Assembly: GCA_964522435.1 (NCBI GenBank)
Contig: CAZFUL010000002.1
Coordinates: forward strand, 44,631 to 108,630
DNA length: 64,000 nt
Reading direction: 5' to 3'
Source: an uncultured Gammaproteobacteria bacterium
GTDB lineage: Bacteria; Patescibacteriota; Patescibacteriia; Magasanikbacterales; UBA922
The notes beneath the pieces are model-generated. The model did not search any database. It saw only the letters and a list, made by a program, of their open reading frames with translations, and had not been told where the DNA came from. This document shows, piece after piece, positions 10,566 through 19,278 of the stretch; within the stretch, counting starts at the first letter, position 1, and each line of letters opens with the position of its first letter. The translations under genes were made by a program, and so were the position numbers.

Positions 10566-10594
10566 AGTATAATGAAGTCAAAAACGTTTGTCAA
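10566..10594 (-). promoter_or_regulatory. sigma70-like promoter for tRNA-Glu, TTGACA-N17-TATACT
   Basis: Read on the minus strand: TTGACA, a 17-nt spacer, then TATACT about 15 nt upstream of the tRNA 5' end. Confidence 0.6.
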
Positions 10595-10610
10595 GAATCA
10601 AGTATAATAA

Positions 10611-10707
10611 TCCCTTTACAGCATACAAGGACGAAAGCAACTCGCATAGGGTGCCAGATGCACCCTATGCTGCGACTGCTTTTTTTGCCTGTATGCTGTA
10701 GCGGGAT
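10611..10707. repeat. 97-nt long-hairpin repeat element, copy A
   Basis: Imperfect long hairpin with inner stem GCATAGGGTGC-CAGAT-GCACCCTATGC. A 95%-identical copy lies at 27406-27503. Confidence 0.7.
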
Positions 10708-10734
10708 ATCATATAGCAGTATGATTAAGCCCCC

Positions 10735-10763
10735 TTGACACTCGTTCCTTTATCCGATATACT
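10735..10763 (+). promoter_or_regulatory. sigma70-like promoter for rplJ-rplL, TTGACA-N17-TATACT
   Basis: Exact consensus hexamers. About a 150-nt leader precedes rplJ. Confidence 0.6.
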
Positions 10764-10912
10764 CTTTCCATAACTTACCATAGACAGTAGCTTCTCGAGG
10801 ATATCGGGATTAAATACGCTACCGAGGTATACTAAGGAAACATTCTATATGTTTCTTTACTAAAGGTCGTATACCTTCCTTCGTCTGTGGTTATTAAGCC
10901 ACATTTTTTTAT

Positions 10913-11431
10913 ATGGCAAAAACAAGAGTACAAAAAGAACAATCAGTAGGCGCATTGGTAACAGGGTTGCAATCTGCAACATCCGTTGTCTTTGCAAACT
11001 ACCAAGGACTTTCTGTTGCTGATATGGAAACCTTGCGTGCACAATGTCGAGAACAAGGCATTACCTGTATTGCAAGTAAAAAAACCTTAGTAAAAACTGC
11101 GTTGAAAAGCGCTGGTTTAGAGGTAAATACCAAATCATTCAACGGAGGTATTGCCACGTTCTTTGGAGCTGACGAAGTAAGTGCACCAAAAATTGTTGCA
11201 ACATTTGCAAAAGATCATGAAAAAGTCACGATCTTTGGAGGGGTATTAGAAGGATCATATATCGATAGTGCGCAAGTAAAGGCATTAGCGCTTCTTCCTT
11301 CAAAAGAACAATTGTTGTCTCAATTGGTTGGAACACTCAACGCGCCAGTATCTGGATTTGTCCGTGTATTGTCTGGAAACCTTCGTGGTTTGGTGACAGT
11401 ATTACAGGCAGTAAAAGAACAAAAAGCATAA
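10913..11431 (+). CDS. rplJ: 50S ribosomal protein L10
   Basis: 172 aa with typical L10 sequence. Immediately upstream of L7/L12. Confidence 0.85.
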   Translation: MAKTRVQKEQSVGALVTGLQSATSVVFANYQGLSVADMETLRAQCREQGITCIASKKTLVKTALKSAGLEVNTKSFNGGIATFFGADEVSAPKIVATFAKDHEKVTIFGGVLEGSYIDSAQVKALALLPSKEQLLSQLVGTLNAPVSGFVRVLSGNLRGLVTVLQAVKEQKA

Positions 11432-11451
11432 TAATTTAATTGTATTATCAT

Positions 11452-11859
11452 ATGTCAGAAGAAACAAAAATGGTAGAAGTACCAGAAAAGTTCAAAGCAC
11501 TTGTTGAACAAGTGGAAAAAATGTCAGTTCTCGATTTATCAGAATTGGTAAAAGTTCTCGAAGAAAAATTTGGTGTAAGTGCAGCAGCTCCAGCAATGAT
11601 GATGGCAGCTCCTATGGGCGGCGCAGCAGCTCCAGCAGCTGAAGAAAAAACTTCTTTCACTGTTGAATTAGTTGATGCTGGTAGTAACAAAATTGCTGTT
11701 ATCAAAGTAGTAAAAACAGCAACCGGCCTTGGATTAGCTGATGCAAAAGCATTAGTTGACGGCGCACCAAAAGCAGTAAAAGAAAATGTTTCTAAAGAAG
11801 AAGCAGAAGCATTGAAAGCAGAAATCGAAGCAGCTGGTGGAAAAGTAGAATTGAAATAA
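11452..11859 (+). CDS. rplL: 50S ribosomal protein L7/L12
   Basis: N-terminal dimerisation helix. Ala/Pro-rich hinge [24 protein letters not shown]-terminal domain [16 protein letters not shown]...[12 protein letters not shown]. Confidence 0.9.
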   Translation: MSEETKMVEVPEKFKALVEQVEKMSVLDLSELVKVLEEKFGVSAAAPAMMMAAPMGGAAAPAAEEKTSFTVELVDAGSNKIAVIKVVKTATGLGLADAKALVDGAPKAVKENVSKEEAEALKAEIEAAGGKVELK

Positions 11860-11883
11860 CTTTTTTCTCTATCTCATCTCGAT

Positions 11884-11914
11884 AAAAAAACCCCGATTCA
11901 ATCGGGGTTTTTTG
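11884..11914. terminator. Bidirectional rho-independent terminator
   Basis: AAAAAAA-CCCCGATTCAATCGGGG-TTTTTT. Confidence 0.75.
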
Positions 11915-11931
11915 TATCTATCAATAGGTTG

Positions 11932-14175
11932 TTAATTCGGAATATCAAATCGGAGAATACGGTTATTGTCTAAGACAAAGATGCGTTTTGTCTCATAATC
12001 CACAATCATAGATTGAGGAGAAACAAATTGGTCACTCATATATTGGGTAACGAGTGTCCCTTGTTTATCAATAACCACAATACGTTTTTGCTTCGGTTCT
12101 AAAATATAGAGGTAAGGGACATCGTTATAGGTCCATATTTGTGTGGGTTGTTCTAACACGGGGTCAAGGGCCGCAAGAGAAAATGCTTGTTTTTTTCCTG
12201 CAGAAAATTTACTTATCGCTCCCGTTGTTTCAAGAACAAAGATATCCCCATCAATGGTAAAGGAAACCGCATTATCAATAGAAATGCCCTGTTCTTGTAT
12301 CCAGGCCGTCCCTTGGTCATAGCCAGTTTGTGTTTGTGAATGTTTATATATTTGATTGTTGATAGGGTCTAAGCTGTATACCCGTCTATTGTAGACAATA
12401 ATATCCACAATATCACTTTGTTCTTGAGGAAAACGAATATCTTTTTTACTTATCCCTTGTGCCAATTTATCATATTCCGCAATACCATTGTCATTGGTTA
12501 AAAAGACAATTTTATCATGTTCTTTTGGCGTACTTGCTGCGATAAGTTGTTTTGCTGCCTGATCTTGTTTTATTTGTGTCTGCCCGGTTGTGGTGTCAAC
12601 ACTAATATAGTCAGTATATTCTTTATTAAAGGCAATAATGGTGCTATCTATTTGTGCAAAGCCAGTAAGTGTAATACCTTCGGGCGCAGGAAGCGTTGCA
12701 ATCGTTTCTGCACTAACGAATTGTATTTGTCGCAAAGCCAGTAATTGTTCTTCAATAGTAGCAAAAAAGCGTTCTTGTTGAGTTTTTTCTTGATCTGTTT
12801 GTGTCGGTAATTGCTCGGTGATTTGTTTTGCCTCTTGTAATAACGATAGCGCTTTTGCCCGATCTTTATAAATAAGACTTGCTTGTGCTGCGTCTTGTTT
12901 ATCCTGTATTGCTTGTAGTTGTTCTGTGTAGTGCTTTGCGTATGCTTGTGTTGCCTGTTTATGTCGTAACAGTACCATACTGCTGACAAACACCATAACG
13001 AATATAAGGGCGATAAACAAAAGTATTTTACTTATCATTGGGAGGCGCGTAAACCATTGTTTTTTTCTTGAAAGCGATTGTGTATACGAAGAAATAATGC
13101 CAGCGCGACGACCCTTATAATTGCTGAGGAGTATCGCCGTGGTAGAGAGCAGCCGTCCAATAGCAACAGCAATATTTTTTAAGAAAATAAGTAAGGCCGT
13201 GAGTCCCATAAATACCCCCTTGCCTAAGGCAATAAGGACTTGCTCAAGCATAGGACCCGTGGGTTCTTTACGTTCTTTTCTTGGGCGATAATTGGTTGCT
13301 TGCGTTTGTTGAGAGGGCTCTGGAGCATAGGCAGGATCGCTCGGGCGTAAGATGCCGCTAAATTTTTTCTTCGCGTTTCCTAACAGCGGAGGAGATAATA
13401 ATTCTTCAGTATCTCTCTGTCTATTCACAAAACTATTTAACGATTGTTCTGATCCTTTGTCGGTATGCTTTGGCTGTTTTCCGCTTTTAGGAATTTCGTG
13501 TTCAAAGGGACGATAAATGAGTAATCCACCAAATGATTGGGCACTTTTAAGGGAGGCAAGGGTACGTTCAATATGTTCTGTTACTTCGGCGGGTGATCGG
13601 GTAAGAAATAATTTTTCTAAGCGATCCGAAGAAAAATAATTTGCAACAGAAGGAGTAGAAATAAAAATATAATCGCCGGTCGCGACATTGCCTTGGGTAA
13701 CACTATCAAATAGCTGATTGGGGGTGCTTGATTCATTCACCAATCCAATATGTTTCCAGTCTGCATCTTTTTTATAAAAGACTTGTGCTTGGGGATTGCC
13801 GTGGGTAGTAAATACTAATTCTTTTCCACGCACCACGCCAATAAAGGCATGAATCTCGCCGTCCATGGCCAAAATATCTTGGCTCCGGCGATTCATAATT
13901 TCTATCGTACTTTCAAATGGATCTTTTTCATCACTACTTTCTTTTCTATCATAATAGGCACTTTCTATGTCATCAATAATTTGTTGCAGCCCTTGTATTT
14001 GCTGAACAGTTCCTTCTTGAATTTCACAGATAGCAAATAAATAGCCTTTTTTATAGTCTCCCACTTGAGGTTCACTAATATGAAGCAGCACATGAGAGCT
14101 GCGGCTATCCTTTCCTTCAACAAAAAATTCGTATAATTCAAAAATATCACGCATATGGCTTTGACTTAGTGGCAT
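11932..14175 (-). CDS. Large two-domain membrane protein. N-terminal cytoplasmic domain possibly PP2C/SpoIIE-like, a TM region, and a C-terminal extracytoplasmic coiled-coil/beta domain
   Basis: 747 aa. Hydrophobic segments around residues 330-400. N-terminal motifs DGEIHAFIGVV and GDYIFISTPS loosely resemble PPM phosphatases. Confidence 0.45.
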   Translation of the reverse strand: MPLSQSHMRDIFELYEFFVEGKDSRSSHVLLHISEPQVGDYKKGYLFAICEIQEGTVQQIQGLQQIIDDIESAYYDRKESSDEKDPFESTIEIMNRRSQDILAMDGEIHAFIGVVRGKELVFTTHGNPQAQVFYKKDADWKHIGLVNESSTPNQLFDSVTQGNVATGDYIFISTPSVANYFSSDRLEKLFLTRSPAEVTEHIERTLASLKSAQSFGGLLIYRPFEHEIPKSGKQPKHTDKGSEQSLNSFVNRQRDTEELLSPPLLGNAKKKFSGILRPSDPAYAPEPSQQTQATNYRPRKERKEPTGPMLEQVLIALGKGVFMGLTALLIFLKNIAVAIGRLLSTTAILLSNYKGRRAGIISSYTQSLSRKKQWFTRLPMISKILLFIALIFVMVFVSSMVLLRHKQATQAYAKHYTEQLQAIQDKQDAAQASLIYKDRAKALSLLQEAKQITEQLPTQTDQEKTQQERFFATIEEQLLALRQIQFVSAETIATLPAPEGITLTGFAQIDSTIIAFNKEYTDYISVDTTTGQTQIKQDQAAKQLIAASTPKEHDKIVFLTNDNGIAEYDKLAQGISKKDIRFPQEQSDIVDIIVYNRRVYSLDPINNQIYKHSQTQTGYDQGTAWIQEQGISIDNAVSFTIDGDIFVLETTGAISKFSAGKKQAFSLAALDPVLEQPTQIWTYNDVPYLYILEPKQKRIVVIDKQGTLVTQYMSDQFVSPQSMIVDYETKRIFVLDNNRILRFDIPN

Positions 14176-14232
14176 AAGCCTATTATACTATAAACAACAT
14201 AAGAGGGGAAATGCCTTATACCTGTTAATTCT

Positions 14233-14835
14233 ATGCTTGAACACCTTTTTGGATCAAAGACCCGATATCGTCTTATTAAGCTGTTTTTCCGCGAACCGGA
14301 GCGCCGTTTTTTTGTTCGAGAAATGACTCGGCTTCTTGATACACAAATTAATGCCATTCGTCGAGAATTGATTATTTTGTGTGATGCCGGAGTGGTGGAA
14401 GAAATAGAAGAAGTCGCTCTTCCGGATGCAACGGATTTGGAGCATCGTGGACCAAAAAAGAAATACTACCGCTTACATCGCGGCTCGTTGTTGTATCCAG
14501 AATTACAAGCCTTGTTGTTAAAAGAAAAAATGCTCACGGAACAAGAATTTATTCAACGCTTAAAAGAAAAAGGTGGTGAGATTGAATTATTGATTATGAG
14601 CGGTTGTTTTATGTCTGACAAAACAGCGCTTACGGATATGTTGATTGTTGGTAAGGTAAAAGAGCGAACTATTGAAAAAATTATTCGTGAGTATGAACAA
14701 GAATTGGGTATTCAGTTGCGCTATACCTTTATGAGCAAGCAAGAATTTGATGATCGTCGTCATGTCATGGATAAATTTATCTTTGGCGTGTTTGAGTCTG
14801 CGCATATGAAAATCATTAATGAATTGGGAATATAG
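14233..14835 (+). CDS. Winged-helix DNA-binding protein, hypothetical
   Basis: N-terminal wHTH-like segment FVREMTRLLDTQINAIRRELIILCDAGVV. 200 aa. Confidence 0.4.
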   Translation: MLEHLFGSKTRYRLIKLFFREPERRFFVREMTRLLDTQINAIRRELIILCDAGVVEEIEEVALPDATDLEHRGPKKKYYRLHRGSLLYPELQALLLKEKMLTEQEFIQRLKEKGGEIELLIMSGCFMSDKTALTDMLIVGKVKERTIEKIIREYEQELGIQLRYTFMSKQEFDDRRHVMDKFIFGVFESAHMKIINELGI

Positions 14836-14838
14836 CCT

Positions 14839-15228
14839 ATGTATGTGCTCATAGATATCTGTGTTGATAATCAGATTCTCTTGGCGTTATTTACTAAGAA
14901 TGGTCTGCAGAAAGAATATCGTTATGAACAACAGAACACTGATCTGTTATTTTGTTTTACCGAGCTTTTAAACCAAGCCTCCCTTACGAAACGCGATATT
15001 CTGGGGATAGCCGTTGTATTAGGAAATGGCCGCTTTAGTAGCACCCGTGTTGCCGTGACCGTCGCAAATACCTGGGGTTATGCCGAGCATATTCCTGTTG
15101 TTGCGGTTGACTATGCGCCAGCCTACGACTATGTCGCTATTGCAAACACGCTTGCCGCGCAAGTACCCGGGATTCCGCTTACCGCAACCTATAGTGCAGA
15201 ACCAAATATTGGAAAGATACAAACCTAA
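14839..15228 (+). CDS. tsaB: TsaB/YeaZ-like protein, short form
   Basis: 129 aa. GNGRFSSTRVAVTVANTWGYA corresponds to the TsaB GPGSFTGLRIG region. About half the length of full TsaB. Confidence 0.45.
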   Translation: MYVLIDICVDNQILLALFTKNGLQKEYRYEQQNTDLLFCFTELLNQASLTKRDILGIAVVLGNGRFSSTRVAVTVANTWGYAEHIPVVAVDYAPAYDYVAIANTLAAQVPGIPLTATYSAEPNIGKIQT

Positions 15229-15243
15229 TTCTATTTTGTCCTT

Positions 15244-15825
15244 ATGTCACAAGAAATTGTTTTTGATATTGAAACTATTGGAGATATTCGTGATTTAACC
15301 ACCATGAAAATTACTGTGGTGTCTATTTATGAATATAGCAGCAACAGCTACCGATCGTTTGAAGAATCTGAGCTTGGTATGCTCTGGCCAATTTTAGAAA
15401 AAAGTTCTCGTTTGATTGGCTATAATAGTGCGCACTTTGATCTTCCCGTACTTGGCAGATATTACACCGGGGATTTAACCAAATTTCCTCATTTGGATTT
15501 ATTGCAGGTAATTAAAACTTCAACTGGCAAACGCTTTAAGTTAGATGATTTAGCAAAAGCAACCTTGCAGATGCAAAAAAGTGGTGATGGGTTACAAGCG
15601 CAAGAATGGTTTAAAGAAGGAAAAATGGATTTGATTAAACAATATTGTGAGCAGGATGTAAAAGTCACGAAAGAGTTGTACGAATACGGAAAAAAGAATC
15701 GCATGTTATATTACCCAACTATTACCGGAGACTTAACGCCTTTTCCTGTGCAATTTGATGCCCCTGTTGCGAGTGCTGCTGGAACGCCTGGGGGAGCGGG
15801 GATTAATATGACCTTGCCGTTTTAG
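15244..15825 (+). CDS. 3'-5' exonuclease, DEDD(y) family / RNase H-like fold
   Basis: Motif order FDIETIG, then YNSAHFDLPVL, then YCEQDVKVTKELY. Confidence 0.55.
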   Translation: MSQEIVFDIETIGDIRDLTTMKITVVSIYEYSSNSYRSFEESELGMLWPILEKSSRLIGYNSAHFDLPVLGRYYTGDLTKFPHLDLLQVIKTSTGKRFKLDDLAKATLQMQKSGDGLQAQEWFKEGKMDLIKQYCEQDVKVTKELYEYGKKNRMLYYPTITGDLTPFPVQFDAPVASAAGTPGGAGINMTLPF

Positions 15826-16065
15826 AGGTGCGAATCTACGCCTGCCTGTGTTGCGTCGCTGAAGCTATGCGAAAGCGCAGTAGTTATGTGTAAATAGGAG
15901 GCTGTTAAAGATATTCCAAATAAAGATATATGTTCTTTTATAACTAAAAGAACCAAAAGTTTTGGGGGTGATCGATGTTGCGATTGCTCCCAATCAGTAG
16001 ATACTTCGTCAAAGGCAACGCTCTCACCCCCAAGCCCCTATTCTTTTCTAGTGCGGTTATGAGTA

Positions 16066-16776
16066 CTATTGTAAGGGGACTTCTATCATCAACACAAAGG
16101 CCTCTTTATCAACGCTAAACACAATCTCAGTTGCATCGGTAATACCCGCTGCATCACCTTGAGACAAGGTGGTGTTGTCTAATGTAATACTTCCAGAAAT
16201 AACAAACAGATACACACCATGCTCTTTATTTTTTAGCCCATAGACTACCTGCTCTTGAACAGAAAATTCTCCCCAAGACAAATACGCATCTTGGTGAATA
16301 ATCGCAGAGCCTGCAATGTCGCCAGGGGAGACAAAACAGTCAAAGCGGTTGTATCTTTTTTGGGGATCAAATGTTTTTTGATCATAAAACGGAGGAATAT
16401 TTTGTTCTTTTGTTTCAATCCAAATTTGTAACAAATGCGTTTCTTCCAAAGCAGAGCTGTTTTTTTCTGAATGAAGTACCCCACTGCCTGCAGACATGGT
16501 TTGAATGTCGTTTTTAGAAATAGTGCCTGCATTGCCCATGGTATCTTTATGAGAAATACTCCCAGAGAGGGGAATGGTAATAATTTCCATGTTGTCGTGG
16601 TGGTGGGTATCAAATCCACTATCGGGTGCAATGATATCTTCATTGAGTACCCGCAGTGTGCCAAATCCCATGCGCTCTCTATTAAAATAATTTGCAAAAC
16701 TAAAAGAGTATTTGGTGTTTAACCAATCCATGTTCGCTTTTCCTCTTTCATTCTCTTTGTGAAATACGATGTTCAT
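16066..16776 (-). CDS. Pirin-family cupin protein (YhhW/quercetinase-like)
   Basis: Metal-binding motif TLRVLNEDIIAPDSGFDTHHHDNMEIITIPLSG. Bicupin length of 236 aa. Confidence 0.75.
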   Translation of the reverse strand: MNIVFHKENERGKANMDWLNTKYSFSFANYFNRERMGFGTLRVLNEDIIAPDSGFDTHHHDNMEIITIPLSGSISHKDTMGNAGTISKNDIQTMSAGSGVLHSEKNSSALEETHLLQIWIETKEQNIPPFYDQKTFDPQKRYNRFDCFVSPGDIAGSAIIHQDAYLSWGEFSVQEQVVYGLKNKEHGVYLFVISGSITLDNTTLSQGDAAGITDATEIVFSVDKEAFVLMIEVPLQ

Positions 16777-16787
16777 ATATAAAAAAG

Positions 16788-17201
16788 TTAGATCTGTACG
16801 TCTGGATACGTTTCTTTGTATTGCTCATTTGTGGCGCCAAAGTAGGTAACGCTGCGTAAGACAAAGTCCACTTCGTAAGAAACGACACCCGCATGCCAAA
16901 TAGCGGTTAAAAACTCCGGAAAGGTACTTTTTCCTGCTTGATCTGTGGTAATTGCCGTCATAAGCGCTTCTTTATTAAACGCGGCAATATCCGCCATGCC
17001 TTGTACTAACGGCGTGCCTTGCTGTACCACATTGCCGTAGGGAGTATGATAGATAGATTGTAACGATGGTAAGTACCAATAATTTTTCGTAATGCCGGCT
17101 TGGCGTAGGGCTTCTGCCAAATACGGAAAGCCACCTACGTTGGGGCGAATGCTCATGGCCTGTTGTTGGGCGGCTATCAGATGGTCTATTGCTTGGGACA
17201 T
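16788..17201 (-). CDS. Hypothetical protein, DUF1398-like
   Basis: 137 aa. C-terminal FPEFLTAIWHAGVVSYEVDFVLRSVTYFG pattern. Weak family recall only. Confidence 0.35.
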   Translation of the reverse strand: MSQAIDHLIAAQQQAMSIRPNVGGFPYLAEALRQAGITKNYWYLPSLQSIYHTPYGNVVQQGTPLVQGMADIAAFNKEALMTAITTDQAGKSTFPEFLTAIWHAGVVSYEVDFVLRSVTYFGATNEQYKETYPDVQI

Positions 17202-17259
17202 AGTGTTGTAGGTATGTTTTTTTATTAATTATTTGATGTTTGCCTCGTCCTGAACCCTG

Positions 17260-17730
17260 TTACGCGCATCCTCCACACAGTCTGTTATAGGGGGTTCCAA
17301 AAATTTCAGTTGAGATAATTGAGGCAATATATAGCAAGAGTACAACGCTGAGTATGTATATACATATTCTTGTAAACGTTCGAAGCTTCTTTGACACGGG
17401 TAAAGAAAAATAAATATAGGTAAGTGCCGAAGTCCATGTTATTCCTAATATAAGGGTGCCAATTCTTATTGATGTTGAATAAGGAAGTTGATTAGTATCA
17501 CTATACAGGGGATTCAATAATATAGTATATATGAGCGTATCGGTAATTGGAATAATGAGATTAATAAGGTCAGCTATGAGTAATAATGGGTAAAAATAGA
17601 AACCAATTAAATAACTTCGCGTGATTCCATGATAGTCATAAAAATTTTTTCCATCAATATAGTTAATAAGTAGAAATACTAATAAACCGATGAAAAAAGA
17701 TTTTATTAATTTTGAATAGAAAGCATTCAT
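17260..17730 (-). CDS. Hypothetical small membrane protein, in the AT-rich island
   Basis: 156 aa with 4-5 predicted TM helices. Local GC is about 30%. Confidence 0.4.
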   Translation of the reverse strand: MNAFYSKLIKSFFIGLLVFLLINYIDGKNFYDYHGITRSYLIGFYFYPLLLIADLINLIIPITDTLIYTILLNPLYSDTNQLPYSTSIRIGTLILGITWTSALTYIYFSLPVSKKLRTFTRICIYILSVVLLLYIASIISTEIFGTPYNRLCGGCA

Positions 17731-17732
17731 AG

Positions 17733-18053
17733 CTATTTAGCAGTTGGTGATGTTGTACGCCGTTTTTCTTTGAAAAAATATAGTATTCCCATGAGTGCAA
17801 AGAATAATCCAAATAGTAGTGCAGTAAAAAAATGATCAGCTCCACATTTTGGCTCCATTCCATTAATGTAACAGCCAACGGGGATAGATAAAAATTTCGC
17901 ATACAAAAAACATAATAACGCAACCATAAGTAAACTGGCACCACGGTAATACCATGGTTTTTTTTTCGTAAATCGCTCTATGGGAAAATACACCATAAAA
18001 AATACGATCGTAAACAGGAGGGTAATTGATACGATACTACGAAATTCGTTCAT
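17733..18053 (-). CDS. Hypothetical small membrane protein, in the AT-rich island
   Basis: About 106-130 aa, 2-3 TM. Start ambiguous: M at 18125 or M at 18053. Confidence 0.35.
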   Translation of the reverse strand: MNEFRSIVSITLLFTIVFFMVYFPIERFTKKKPWYYRGASLLMVALLCFLYAKFLSIPVGCYINGMEPKCGADHFFTALLFGLFFALMGILYFFKEKRRTTSPTAK

Positions 18054-18069
18054 AGGAATAGTGTGATAC

Positions 18070-18378
18070 TTATGTTTCTTTTTTAATCCATTTCTTATTA
18101 ATTGCTTCTTCCAAATCAATCCCAAAAAGATGGGCGGTTACTATCGCCATTCCCACGACATCGGCTAATTCTTTTGCAATTTCTTTTTTGGATATTTCTT
18201 CAGGGACATGTTTTTCTGGCCGACTTTTTTTTCTGTGAATTAATACGGCTTGAGTAAGTTCACCAACCTCTTCGTATAATTTTAATAAACCAAAGTCTTG
18301 GTCTATGTCTACATGGTATTTTTTGCCGTAGTTCATGGCATTTTCTACGATTTGTTGTTGGAGTTCTTGAAAATTCAT
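18070..18378 (-). CDS. MazG-like nucleoside triphosphate pyrophosphohydrolase (small all-alpha NTP-PPase)
   Basis: Hallmark motifs EEVGELTQAVL and ELADVVGMAIVTAHLFGIDLEEAI. Confidence 0.65.
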   Translation of the reverse strand: MNFQELQQQIVENAMNYGKKYHVDIDQDFGLLKLYEEVGELTQAVLIHRKKSRPEKHVPEEISKKEIAKELADVVGMAIVTAHLFGIDLEEAINKKWIKKET

Positions 18379-18537
18379 AACACAATACTGGTTATATAAA
18401 AGCAATTTCGCTATTTTTGTTTATGCGTAGTGTTGGCATATCCCTCCTTAGGTATGCAAGTTACATTTTCGTTAGCATTGGGGCTCCACAGCCCTTCGGG
18501 ACTATGGAGCCGGCTGATTTATTGCTCAACCTTTACT

Positions 18538-19227
18538 CTATCGGGTACTAGCCAACCGATTAGCATCAATATCAATTTTATCAAAAGTGTTAAAAATTTC
18601 TAAAAATAGATTTTCCCAATTTTCATAATGTTGAATATTTTTTTGATGATCGTCTATAATACTAATTATGGGGAGTATCTCACATTTTCCATTTATATTA
18701 ATTCCACTACCGCCTGTACCCCTATAAGCACCTAAATAAAAATTTCCAGTAAAAAATAGTAAAGATGCCGCTTGTATTGAATCAGAATCTTCTCTAGGAT
18801 ACCCAAAACTGGTATGGGCAAATACTTTATGACGAAATTGTATGAATGCCTCTATTTCTTTTTTTCTATTTTCAACATTTATTTTATTAAAAACAATTTT
18901 TATTCCTAGATGAGTTAATGTTTTTATTATTTTTTCATAGCTTCGTTCAAGAATTCTTTCAAGATTATATATAGTATTTAAATAAGAAGTGTAATTAGAT
19001 AAGAATCTTAATTTTCTTTTTTTATATTTTTTTGTATGAGTTTCATCGGAATTTTTGTATTTTTGATAATCTTTTAACTCTCTTTTATATATATCATTGA
19101 GAATACTAATTCCTGTTTGTATAGCATCTATTTCATTATGGAATCCAAAAAATGGTGGTACCTCGATATAGCTGATTTTTTTTGAGTATACGTTGTAAAA
19201 TTTCTTAAACATAAAATGCATCTGCAA
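18538..19227 (-). CDS. Hypothetical protein with a possible HEPN Rx4-6H motif (FRHKVFAH), in the AT-rich island
   Basis: 229 aa, Lys/Asn-rich, encoded by DNA of about 28% GC. Motif RHKVFAH. No other recognisable domain. Confidence 0.4.
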   Translation of the reverse strand: MQMHFMFKKFYNVYSKKISYIEVPPFFGFHNEIDAIQTGISILNDIYKRELKDYQKYKNSDETHTKKYKKRKLRFLSNYTSYLNTIYNLERILERSYEKIIKTLTHLGIKIVFNKINVENRKKEIEAFIQFRHKVFAHTSFGYPREDSDSIQAASLLFFTGNFYLGAYRGTGGSGININGKCEILPIISIIDDHQKNIQHYENWENLFLEIFNTFDKIDIDANRLASTR

Positions 19228-19278
19228 TTTATTCTATATATGTTGTTGGTTTACTTAGAGTGCATTCTTCATTTTTTT

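Noticed and set aside
10588-10596. TTTGTCAAG box shared by the two hairpin-repeat loci and seen again at 46109 and 43197
   Set aside because: It is not part of the repeat. It is simply the reverse complement of the sigma70 -35 consensus (CTTGACAAA) used by many promoters in this genome.
18482-18511. Hairpin GGCTCCA...UUCG...TGGAGCC downstream of the 229-aa island gene
   Set aside because: It is a stable stem with a UUCG loop but no adjacent U-run on the relevant strand. That is not enough to call it a terminator or an ncRNA.
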